Translations under genes and position numbers: made by a program | Notes under the pieces: model-generated | Seen by the model: only the letters and a program-made list of their open reading frames with translations | Told to the model about the DNA's origin: nothing | Database searches by the model: none | IMG/VR virus record: IMGVR_UViG_3300017719_000122 | Coordinates: 1 to 28,955 of that record | Length of the DNA stretch: 28,955 bases | Source: a virus | Taxonomy: Duplodnaviria > Caudoviricetes | Reading direction: 5' to 3' (one strand) | In this document: positions 1 through 7,882 of the stretch, in pieces | Numbering within the stretch: the first letter of the stretch is position 1 | How the letters are laid out: each line of letters begins with the position of its first letter

Positions 1-227
1 CCTAAATCCATTAAATCTTGGAAACTAGTTTCTGCTTTCTTGCTCAGTTCATCCATCTCTCTATCAGATGCTTCTAAGCCTCTAACTGTAGGCAAAGCAG
101 TTTCAATCTTTTCTAAGTTACTTAATGCTTCTTTAGTAACTTCTTCTGCTACGCCTGGAATAGGCTCATTCAATTCATTGTCTTCGTTAGAAGCAATATC
201 AAATAATTCTTCAAGTTTCTTAGTCAT
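1..227 (-). CDS. 5' part of a conserved phage protein, possibly terminase small subunit; runs off the window start
   Basis: Not in the ORF track. Reading the minus strand from ATG 227 gives MTKKLEELFDIASNEDNELNEPIPGVAEEVTKEALSNLEKIETALPTVRGLEASDREMDELSKKAETSFQDLMDLG, open to position 1. A late promoter GATAAATA lies 5 nt upstream. The terminase-small-subunit call rests on the helical character and position only. Confidence 0.7.
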   Translation of the reverse strand, partial: MTKKLEELFDIASNEDNELNEPIPGVAEEVTKEALSNLEKIETALPTVRGLEASDREMDELSKKAETSFQDLMDL

Positions 228-232
228 ACAAG

Positions 233-240
233 TATTTATC
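233..240 (-). promoter_or_regulatory. T4-like late promoter GATAAATA, 5 nt before the ATG at 227 (leaderless)
   Basis: Minus strand GATAAATA-CTTGT-ATG; resembles the T4 gp55 promoter TATAAATA. Confidence 0.75.
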
Positions 241-686
241 TACTTACTACGACCGTTGTAGAAAAGATCGTCTTCAGTAACAACTCTGAATTGAATGCCT
301 TGAGTTTTGCAATATGCTTGAGCATACTTCCACTTAGCATGATTGATAGCAACAGTAATTGCAGTCTTAGGATTAGTTCTTTTTTCTTCAATGATACTTT
401 GTGCTTTTGGTTTGATTTCGATCAGTTCTGCTTTTTTTCTACCAGTTCTATCTTGGTAGACAATAAAGAAATCTGGTATGTAATTTTTTCGTTTGCCTGT
501 AATAGGATGTATATAAGGAATTGCTATAGATTCACTAGCCCATTGCAACACTTTGTCGTTACTATCACAAAAGATCATAAACGTAAGTTCCCATCCAGAT
601 CGATATGTTGGCTTACCTTTGCCTACATATTTTTGTGGATTTCTTACAGTGTATCTGCCTTGTGCGTATTTTTGTCTACGAGCCAT
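240..686 (-). CDS. gp4: Head completion nuclease, T4 gp4-like (TnsA-N-type PD-(D/E)XK fold)
   Basis: Motifs NPQKYVG, YRSGWE, WASE, YIPDF, EIKP, NHAKW..A and F.VVTE are typical of T4 gp4 homologues. Confidence 0.88.
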   Translation of the reverse strand: MARRQKYAQGRYTVRNPQKYVGKGKPTYRSGWELTFMIFCDSNDKVLQWASESIAIPYIHPITGKRKNYIPDFFIVYQDRTGRKKAELIEIKPKAQSIIEEKRTNPKTAITVAINHAKWKYAQAYCKTQGIQFRVVTEDDLFYNGRSK

Positions 687-698
687 TATAGGGCCTTG

Positions 699-1076
699 TT
701 ATGCAATGATATTACGTTGTACTGCTTGATTAGGACTTACGACAGTGCTGATTCCATATAATGCAGTTTTAGATTTTAATAGATTTAAATAATATGCCAT
801 TTCGCTATTTACTTGTATACTTGTTTCTACATTAGTTCTAAAATAATCCATAAACACCATGATATCTGTGCCTGTTTGTTGTGCAATTTTAAACAACACA
901 GATGCGAATTTTTTTGCAGTATCTTTTGTACTTTCAGAATTAGGGTCGCCTTTTAATACTCCAACAAAGTATGAATTTACTACGTCCCATTCATTGACAG
1001 GAACACTTAATGGTTCTGCATAAAAACTATCGAATATTTCTAGTGTGTTTTCTGTTTGTACTACTTCTAATGCCAT
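699..1076 (-). CDS. Hypothetical phage protein (125 aa)
   Basis: ATG 1 nt after the upstream stop; same strand, operon-like packing. Confidence 0.75.
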   Translation of the reverse strand: MALEVVQTENTLEIFDSFYAEPLSVPVNEWDVVNSYFVGVLKGDPNSESTKDTAKKFASVLFKIAQQTGTDIMVFMDYFRTNVETSIQVNSEMAYYLNLLKSKTALYGISTVVSPNQAVQRNIIA

Positions 1077-1077
1077 T

Positions 1078-2286
1078 TTAACCGAATCCTAAATTTCTAC
1101 TTATGTTACTTACTACACTCTCACCAAAATTCTGTTCCCCAGCATTTGCTCCACTGCCAGTAGTATTATTATTGTTTGCGGCTGTGGCACCACCTTGGTT
1201 AGAGATTTGAATCAATGCTGGACTTGCACCCATAGTAGGTGACCCAGAACCACCGCCATCACCAAATAAGCCGCCAGTTAATTTGTCTATAACAGCATCT
1301 TTAACTGCATCTTTAATACCGTCTTTAACAGCATCTTTTGCTTGTGCAATAACTGCTGATGGATCTAATTGTGAAAGTTTTGCTAATGCTTGTGCTTTTT
1401 CAAATGCAGTAGCATTCGGATCATTAAGAATAGCCATCTGTGCTGATGCCCCTCCTAATCCACCGACTCCTTGCCCTAATTGTTCGTTTGGACTATCTGT
1501 GTAGTCATAGTGTGCTTCAAGTCCAAATCCAGTAACTGCATCAATACCTTTAGGTCCATCTTCTTCCAGATTAAATTCTCCAGTATTGTGTGTTACTGTT
1601 TCATAATCAATTGTCATATTGTGTTGCATTGTTCCTTCAGGCTGATCATATGCATATGTATCGCCAGACCAGTTTGTAATAATTGGATTAATGAATGTAT
1701 AAGCAATGTATTGATTGTTCCACAAACCATAAACTGTTATATCTTTGAAAAAAGAAGGTCTTTCTTGTTGTCCTGTAAAAGAATCTCCTCTATATCCATA
1801 TTGCATGTCGCCAGATAAAGAAGGATCATATATATTACGTCTGTTATAAGTCTTTGTATCACCACTACCTAATTCTGGATTAAATGAATCTGCATAGTAA
1901 TATTGATAATAAGCATTCCACATTGCTGTGATTTGAGATGCATTGTCATCATGGAATGTAAAATCTACAGGCTCATATTTAATTTTGCTTTGTATAATAC
2001 GTTTTCTATTGTACTGATTCAACGTGTCAGTTTCAAATCTAAAAGAAGGAAGTTTAACTGATTTAACTAGTATTCCATAATTATTAGAAGCAACACCTGC
2101 GGGAGGAGTCCATGCGTCTGAATTGATATTAAAATAAGTATGAAAAAGAAATTTAACTTTAGGAGCATTTGAAAACTTATTCGGAATAAAAGTTTTAGCC
2201 GCATGTGTATAGTCTCTTAAGTAAACATCACTTAGAAACGCTCCGACTAAACTATCTTTTAGACTAGTAAATGCTGGATCAGCCAT
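1078..2286 (-). CDS. Tail-tube-like baseplate/tube initiator protein (gp48/gp54/gp19 fold) with a Gly/Ala-rich C-terminal extension
   Basis: LVKSVKLPSF, NQYNRKR...KIKYEPV.FTFHDD and MTIDYE resemble tube-fold proteins. It follows the tail tube gene and has an AGGAG SD and a late promoter. Confidence 0.65.
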   Translation of the reverse strand: MADPAFTSLKDSLVGAFLSDVYLRDYTHAAKTFIPNKFSNAPKVKFLFHTYFNINSDAWTPPAGVASNNYGILVKSVKLPSFRFETDTLNQYNRKRIIQSKIKYEPVDFTFHDDNASQITAMWNAYYQYYYADSFNPELGSGDTKTYNRRNIYDPSLSGDMQYGYRGDSFTGQQERPSFFKDITVYGLWNNQYIAYTFINPIITNWSGDTYAYDQPEGTMQHNMTIDYETVTHNTGEFNLEEDGPKGIDAVTGFGLEAHYDYTDSPNEQLGQGVGGLGGASAQMAILNDPNATAFEKAQALAKLSQLDPSAVIAQAKDAVKDGIKDAVKDAVIDKLTGGLFGDGGGSGSPTMGASPALIQISNQGGATAANNNNTTGSGANAGEQNFGESVVSNISRNLGFG

Positions 2287-2304
2287 ATATTTCTCCTATA
2301 GTCT

Positions 2305-2312
2305 TATTTATC
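2305..2312 (-). promoter_or_regulatory. Late promoter GATAAATA for the 1078..2286 gene
   Basis: Minus strand GATAAATA-AGACT-ATAGGAGAAATAT-ATG. Confidence 0.75.
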
Positions 2313-2328
2313 TCTTTAAAAACCCCAT

Positions 2329-2354
2329 AAAAAAACCGGGCGAACCCGGTTTTT
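2329..2354 (-). terminator. Rho-independent terminator after the tail tube gene
   Basis: Minus strand AAAAACCGGG-TTCG-CCCGGTTTTTTT: GC stem, UUCG loop, U-tract. Confidence 0.85.
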
Positions 2355-2373
2355 AAATTTACTCTGTTTGCTA

Positions 2374-3024
2374 TTAACCAGTAGCAGTACCTTGATCTGG
2401 TGCTGATACAGCATCCGCGATAGTTCCTGGTCCACCTACTCCGATCAATGCTCCTGCTCCGTCAGTTTGAACAGCATTATCATATGATACTGTTAAAGCA
2501 ATTTGCACTGCTTCTGATGTTGCATAGTTTAACTGATTGTAGTTTGCTTGTTCTAAGTAGCAACCTGCTAGTTCCCATTGCTCTAAGATTACAGGATCTT
2601 TAACTCCATTACCACCATCTAAGATGTCAATGTTCATTGCGAATTTGTAATCGGCTCCTGAAGCAGATGATGCCTGCTCAAAGAAGTCTAGTTGTCTTTG
2701 CAACTGGGCGCCAACTGCTTTAGAAACAACGCCTGATGCATCGTCTCTAATGTTAACCTGAAGTGGCTGCCATGAATGTTTACCTGCTAGATAAATCTGT
2801 GAATTATAAACAGGAACTGTAATTTTTGCGAACTGTAACTGTGGTCTTGCTACATCAATAACTTGACGTGTCAATGTAACTGAACCTTCAGCATCACTAC
2901 CAATTCCAAAGTTAGTAAACCCAACCCGGAATCTGTATTGAAGTTTAGGCATCAATAAGTTGACGTTCTCCCTACCTTCTGGTTTAACTGAAAGGTTTTT
3001 TAAAGTATCTGAGGCTGATGCCAT
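2374..3024 (-). CDS. gp19: Tail tube protein (T4 gp19-like)
   Basis: PKLQYRFRV, LAGKHSW, W.L.GC, L.Y..SE and LTVSYDNA. Directly downstream of the sheath gene, with an AGGAG SD. Confidence 0.88.
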   Translation of the reverse strand: MASASDTLKNLSVKPEGRENVNLLMPKLQYRFRVGFTNFGIGSDAEGSVTLTRQVIDVARPQLQFAKITVPVYNSQIYLAGKHSWQPLQVNIRDDASGVVSKAVGAQLQRQLDFFEQASSASGADYKFAMNIDILDGGNGVKDPVILEQWELAGCYLEQANYNQLNYATSEAVQIALTVSYDNAVQTDGAGALIGVGGPGTIADAVSAPDQGTATG

Positions 3025-3059
3025 TTTAATCTCCTAATATTAAATATATCTCTTAAATA

Positions 3060-3067
3060 TATTTATC
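3060..3067 (-). promoter_or_regulatory. Late promoter GATAAATA for the tail tube gene
   Basis: Minus strand GATAAATA-TATTT-A...AGGAGATTAAA-ATG. Confidence 0.7.
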
Positions 3068-3080
3068 TTTTTTTTTAATC

Positions 3081-3100
3081 AAAGAGGCCGAAGCCTCTTT
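3081..3100 (-). terminator. Stem-loop terminator/stabiliser after the sheath gene
   Basis: Minus strand AAAGAGGC-TTCG-GCCTCTTT, a C(UUCG)G tetraloop typical of T4-like phages; short U-tract. Confidence 0.75.
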
Positions 3101-3111
3101 GTATATCTTTT

Positions 3112-6100
3112 TTACGATCCTGATAACTCACCAGTGTTAAAGATTCTAACTGGAATGTATATGAATTCAGCCGCTTTCACTGGCTCAACTGCTATATCAA
3201 TCCAAAGTTCATTTCTATCAATTCTCGCTGGAGTATTGTTAGATGAATCACAAACTACTGAGTAATCAAATAGACCACGTTTTGAAACTAAATCAGCAAA
3301 CAATGTTTCAACTACTGCCGCAATTGATTTTCTTGTTTGAACATCATTTGGTTCAAAGACAAATGGTCGTGCCGCTAATACTAATTGTCTACGTATGTAA
3401 GCGACTAATCGTGCTACGTTAACTCTATCTAAAGCAGATGATGAATTAAATGAAGTTTTGTTACCATAGTTCAATAATCCTTGACCTGTAAAGAATACCA
3501 TTGGATTAATAAAGTTTGTGTATAACACATCTCTAATACCAATGCTTGTTTTAATTACTTCAAATTCACCACTTGCTGAATCTAAGTAACCAATGCTTGA
3601 AGCATTGTCGATAATACCACGTCTAGTTCCTGCTGGCGCTAACCAAGGATAAGCAACATTGTCATTACGTAAGATTGTACGTGTCATCATGTGAGATGAT
3701 GGAACTGCTACTAATTGACCTGATAGATCAGTAGTAATACCTGATGGATAGAATAGACCCATATAAGTATTTCTAGTTACTAGACCGTCTTCACTTGTTG
3801 CTGTTGCTCCTGCCGCGTTAGTTGCCCAAGCCTGAATATCAGTTGCACTATCTTTCAATCTCATTGGTGTATCACCAACGATGTAAGAAGTTTCGCCTCT
3901 ATCAGAGTTCAATGTAACCATATCTGGTTGTAACTCAGGATAGTTTGGACATGCTTGTAAGTTGAAGTAGTTATCTTCATCTCTAATAGCAGTGTTAGAT
4001 GCGATTGCTGATCTCATTGATGTTACCACCATTGCTCTTTGAGCCTTACGACCTGCGTACATAGAACCGTCTGCTTCTAAACCTGAAGCAGTTACCCATG
4101 CATCTTTTACAGTTGGTAATACTTTGTTAGGGAATCTGTCAGCATTGAAGTAATTAATTCTGTATTGCTTGACATTGTATCCTGAACGTCTCATGTTCCA
4201 CATCAGCATACCTACTGGGTAGTTTGCTGTATTTGGAGCATCAACGTCTAAGTAATTACTTGCTAGTAATGATACGATGCTTGGAATAGGATCGTTTGCT
4301 GGATTAGTTGTTCCGTTAGTTGCCCAACGTGCATCTGCAAATAAGATACCATCTGGTGAAGTTTGATCACTCTTATCGAGTAAGACCCACTTATCAACTG
4401 CTGAACCACCACCAGTTTGTTGTACTGATTCCCAACGATATAATGTTGGATAGTTTTCTAAGTCTGAGGTATCTAACCAAAGATCACCGTATGCTAATAC
4501 TGTTCCATCACTTTGAAGTGAAGGTTCACTAGCAGATACGAGAGGACCTTTAGGATCAGTTGTGTTTGCAACGTTTGTGTTAACCATTCCGTTGCTATCA
4601 TAACCTTGATTTCCGTATCCTTTCCAACCTGTTGATGTATTAACCATGATATCACATTGATCAGTTGCTGTGTAATACCAGTTAGTCATGTTAGTTGGGA
4701 TTGCAGTTGGTGCACCTTCATTCGCTGTTAATGAATATGCTCCAGTTGTTGTTAATGAGAATTCTCTCCAGTTAGATAACTGAACTGTGTACATATCTGG
4801 ACCAGTACCTGAATACCAAGTATAAGCATCAACTGCACCTGCAGTGACTTTTGTTATAGTAACTACTAAGTCATTTGCTGGAGTTGCTCCGCCAAAATCT
4901 ACGCCTGAGAAAGTAACTCTGTCGCCTACTGCATGTCCTGTACCTGCGCCTACAACTGAAATTGGATTAAAATCGTAGAATCCATAGTTATTTGTTACAG
5001 CAATTTGTAATCCTGTACCTGAACCTGTTGTTGAAGCCTGTGTGCTGTTAAAGGTAATGTCATTTCTGAAAGGACCTTCTTTACCACCTACAGTAGTAGA
5101 TATATTGAATCCTGCTTCTGCCCATAAACCAGATGATGTTCCGTCTGCTTTATAATCATCTAATACAATAACACCACCTGCTGTGTGTGTTAATGAAATA
5201 GTACCGTCATCGTTAACTGATGCAGATGTGTAAGGTATGTTCGCCGCTGACCATGCAGTTACGAAATCTGTAGCATCTGTAGCATCTGCTAAGTTGAATG
5301 GATATGAACTACTAAGTGTAGAAACACCTGGTGTTGAAATTTGAACTCCTGCAACATATGGTCCTGAAGTAAAGTCTGGTGTAGTATTTACACCTTTAAC
5401 TACAGTTGCGCCTGTTGCCGCTCTGTACCAGTAGTAAACAGGACCTGCATTGAAGTCGCTGTCGAATCCATACTGAGTATAAACGTCACCTGCCGCTATT
5501 GCTCCGCCACCTGTTGAGTCTGCTGAATAGATTTGACTCCAATCAGAAGTTGCGAATGACTGAGTTTTTGCAGTCCAAGATGCAGTTGTTGAGTTGTATG
5601 AAGAGATTACTGGTTGTAATCCTGTACCGTTAACCTGAACCCATGTAGAGCCTGTTGGTGCTGGATAATCTTGTGCTGACCCCCAAACTGGTTGTTGAGC
5701 AGAAGTTCCATATGCAACTCTTGGCTGATATGAAAGTTGTGCCGCCGCTGTATAACCTAAGTCAGTCATTATAGTACCAGTAGCATCATGCAATCTTACG
5801 AAATATGCATTTAAATTAACATCGTCACTGTTAGGTGTTCCACCTGTTTGAGCAGAATAAATGTTAAGTTTGCCATTAGAAGCATCTGCTGAAATGTATT
5901 CCCAGTTAAGAGAATTAATGTCTTGTGCTAATTGATTAACAGTGTTGTTTGGTGCCGCCGCAACTACGAGAGAAACAGTATTACTGCCTCCTGCGCCTAG
6001 TCCACCACTAATTGAAAGTTCAACTGTATCTCCTTCAGTCAATGTTGGGTTAGCAGTTGGTGTTACAAGTGTAGCAAAAGAGTTCATCCAAGGAACTGAT

Positions 6101-6750
6101 CCTAATTCTACCCAAGCATTTGAACTATTTTTGTACCAATATGTTTGATTAGTAGTTGATGTTGGAGAATCATAAGTAGGGATAGCAACGATTGCATAAT
6201 CACCGATGTTACCAACTGATGATAGTGGCTGACCACTAGATACTTGAGATGCTAATGTAATTACGATTGGAGTTGGTGCAGTAAATGCTTGAGTTGATTC
6301 ACTCCATATATTAAGTCCCCATGTAGAATCAGTAGCATCTAACCAGTAAGCGCCATTTGTTGGTGCTCCAGTTGGACGACCTGTTGATCCGACTAAACTT
6401 GCTAGATCGATATCTGCTCTTAATGCATATACTTGATTAGTAATACCAAGTGCTGAATAAGCCGCTAATAATCCATATTCATTTAATTCATATCCTTGGA
6501 TTGGTGTTCCTGCAGATGATGAGTAGAAGAATGGATTACCATATAGAGTAACTAAGTCTCTTTGACTTGTAATTGTATATAGTTTACCTGCATTTGCAGA
6601 AGTTGTTGCCGCCGCTGTTGCAGTTGATGTTGGATCCGCTTTGTTTTCTGCTGTCGCAAATAAGAAAAACGGAACTGATGCTGGTGCTCCAGCAAGATAT
6701 TGACTTTCGTCAATAACTGAGACTTGTACGCCTGGTGATGTTAGTGCCAT
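3112..6750 (-). CDS. gp18: Contractile tail sheath protein (T4 gp18-like), enlarged to 1212 aa
   Basis: N-terminal SPGVQVSVIDES. C-terminal PWLAPAGTRRG, RDVLY..FINP, SALDRVNVARL, FVFEPND, VVCDSSNNTP..ID.NEL and PVKAAEFIYIP. Confidence 0.95.
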   Translation of the reverse strand: MALTSPGVQVSVIDESQYLAGAPASVPFFLFATAENKADPTSTATAAATTSANAGKLYTITSQRDLVTLYGNPFFYSSSAGTPIQGYELNEYGLLAAYSALGITNQVYALRADIDLASLVGSTGRPTGAPTNGAYWLDATDSTWGLNIWSESTQAFTAPTPIVITLASQVSSGQPLSSVGNIGDYAIVAIPTYDSPTSTTNQTYWYKNSSNAWVELGSVPWMNSFATLVTPTANPTLTEGDTVELSISGGLGAGGSNTVSLVVAAAPNNTVNQLAQDINSLNWEYISADASNGKLNIYSAQTGGTPNSDDVNLNAYFVRLHDATGTIMTDLGYTAAAQLSYQPRVAYGTSAQQPVWGSAQDYPAPTGSTWVQVNGTGLQPVISSYNSTTASWTAKTQSFATSDWSQIYSADSTGGGAIAAGDVYTQYGFDSDFNAGPVYYWYRAATGATVVKGVNTTPDFTSGPYVAGVQISTPGVSTLSSSYPFNLADATDATDFVTAWSAANIPYTSASVNDDGTISLTHTAGGVIVLDDYKADGTSSGLWAEAGFNISTTVGGKEGPFRNDITFNSTQASTTGSGTGLQIAVTNNYGFYDFNPISVVGAGTGHAVGDRVTFSGVDFGGATPANDLVVTITKVTAGAVDAYTWYSGTGPDMYTVQLSNWREFSLTTTGAYSLTANEGAPTAIPTNMTNWYYTATDQCDIMVNTSTGWKGYGNQGYDSNGMVNTNVANTTDPKGPLVSASEPSLQSDGTVLAYGDLWLDTSDLENYPTLYRWESVQQTGGGSAVDKWVLLDKSDQTSPDGILFADARWATNGTTNPANDPIPSIVSLLASNYLDVDAPNTANYPVGMLMWNMRRSGYNVKQYRINYFNADRFPNKVLPTVKDAWVTASGLEADGSMYAGRKAQRAMVVTSMRSAIASNTAIRDEDNYFNLQACPNYPELQPDMVTLNSDRGETSYIVGDTPMRLKDSATDIQAWATNAAGATATSEDGLVTRNTYMGLFYPSGITTDLSGQLVAVPSSHMMTRTILRNDNVAYPWLAPAGTRRGIIDNASSIGYLDSASGEFEVIKTSIGIRDVLYTNFINPMVFFTGQGLLNYGNKTSFNSSSALDRVNVARLVAYIRRQLVLAARPFVFEPNDVQTRKSIAAVVETLFADLVSKRGLFDYSVVCDSSNNTPARIDRNELWIDIAVEPVKAAEFIYIPVRIFNTGELSGS

Positions 6751-6808
6751 GATAATATTCCTTTTGTATGATTTTGAGGGTTACACCCTGATTGTTTTTT
6801 CATACTAT

Positions 6809-6816
6809 TATTTATC
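6809..6816 (-). promoter_or_regulatory. Late promoter GATAAATA for the sheath gene
   Basis: Minus strand GATAAATA-ATAGT-ATG...AAGGAATATTATC-ATG(sheath). Confidence 0.75.
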
Positions 6817-6843
6817 ATGTATTACAAAAAACAACGGATTAAA

Positions 6844-6861
6844 AAAACCTTTGAAGGTTTT
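6844..6861 (-). terminator. Weak hairpin plus U-tract, possible terminator of the minus-strand kinase transcript
   Basis: Minus strand AAAACCT-TCAA-AGGTTTTTTT; the stem is AT-rich. Confidence 0.4.
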
Positions 6862-6862
6862 G

Positions 6863-6870
6863 AATAAATA
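6863..6870 (+). promoter_or_regulatory. Late promoter AATAAATA, 5 nt before the HNH ATG (leaderless)
   Basis: AATAAATA-ACTGC-ATG; no SD present. Confidence 0.7.
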
Positions 6871-6875
6871 ACTGC

Positions 6876-7220
6876 ATGGAATCAACGAGACCTATCTGTC
6901 AAATTTGCAATAAAAACGTTTGTGCTGTTAATTATATAAGAAAAGGCATTAGACATTATAGAAGTAAATGTGATTCATGTATTCACCCAAATAAAAAACC
7001 AATTTTTTTGTGGCAACAAGCAGGATATGAAAAACAGCCTAACTGTTTTTTGTGTGGCTTTAAAAGTTTATACTCTACACAAATGACTGTCTATCATATA
7101 GACGGCAAACCTCGAAACGTAAACTTTACTAATTTAAGAACAATCTGTTTAAACTGTATCGAGGTCGTCAAAAGAAAAGAAATAGTCTGGGTGAGAGGAG
7201 ACTTAACTGTTGACTATTGA
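6876..7220 (+). CDS. Zn-finger/HNH endonuclease-like protein
   Basis: Four CxxC pairs (CQIC, CDSC, CFLC, CLNC) and HIDG...N...NL...C. The final HNH histidine is absent. It overlaps the kinase 3' end by 18 nt. Confidence 0.75.
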   Translation: MESTRPICQICNKNVCAVNYIRKGIRHYRSKCDSCIHPNKKPIFLWQQAGYEKQPNCFLCGFKSLYSTQMTVYHIDGKPRNVNFTNLRTICLNCIEVVKRKEIVWVRGDLTVDY

Positions 7221-7823
7221 TTCCATTGCTTTATGCAAATCATCAATCGTGCCGTCATTCTTAATAGTGTGATCGTAATTTAATCCTACACTACTATATT
7301 CACTAGCATGAATATTTAAATCAGTTAATCGTGCAAGTGCTTGAGGATTTCGAGTGTGATTGTAATCCACAGCATCTACGATCCATTTAGGATAATCACC
7401 TCTTTCGACTCTGATTGTAGTTCCACCTGCATTTTTAATTGCATCGACTTCATTCTTAAATCGACAATCAGTTATAACTACATCATCTTGTATATTACGC
7501 AATTGATTTTCTACTGCTGACACCCAGATATCATTATGAAATGATCGTCTGCCTACTTCAGTTCCCCAATACTGCAAGACCCAACGAGGAGTCAGATGAG
7601 GCATGGCTAATCGTTTTGCCCACCACTCATCAACTTCTTCTCGCCACTCTCTGCTAGATTGAGTTGTGCCTTCTAGCATTTCTCTATCCCAGCCAAAGAT
7701 TGCAGACACACAATCCTTCAAGGGACCTGCATAACTCAGTTTTTTAAAGCCATGAAATCGAATAAGATAATCAGCCGCAGTATCTTTACCACTGCTGATA
7801 AGTCCTGTAATGCCTATAATCAT
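7203..7823 (-). CDS. gp1: Deoxynucleoside monophosphate kinase (T4 gp1-like)
   Basis: P-loop IIGITGLISSGKDT, plus PRWVLQYWGTE, ITDCRF.NE and HASE. Start moved to ATG 7823 because a GAGGA SD lies upstream. Confidence 0.9.
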   Translation of the reverse strand: MIIGITGLISSGKDTAADYLIRFHGFKKLSYAGPLKDCVSAIFGWDREMLEGTTQSSREWREEVDEWWAKRLAMPHLTPRWVLQYWGTEVGRRSFHNDIWVSAVENQLRNIQDDVVITDCRFKNEVDAIKNAGGTTIRVERGDYPKWIVDAVDYNHTRNPQALARLTDLNIHASEYSSVGLNYDHTIKNDGTIDDLHKAMESIVNS

Positions 7824-7853
7824 ACGGAATAGTCCTCTAGTCAAGTAGTCACT

Positions 7854-7882
7854 ATTATAAACTATACGGGAGGGAAAGTCAA
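7854..7882 (-). promoter_or_regulatory. Sigma70-type promoter for the dNMP kinase
   Basis: Minus strand TTGACT-N17-TATAAT. Confidence 0.75.

Noticed and set aside
40-761. Plus-strand ORFs 40..261 and 291..761
   Set aside because: They are antisense shadows of better-supported minus-strand genes, with no SD and implausible composition.
1283-6148. Plus-strand ORFs 1283..1504, 1480..1818, 4320..4532 and 5942..6148
   Set aside because: They are shadows of the tube-like and sheath genes arising from codon bias.
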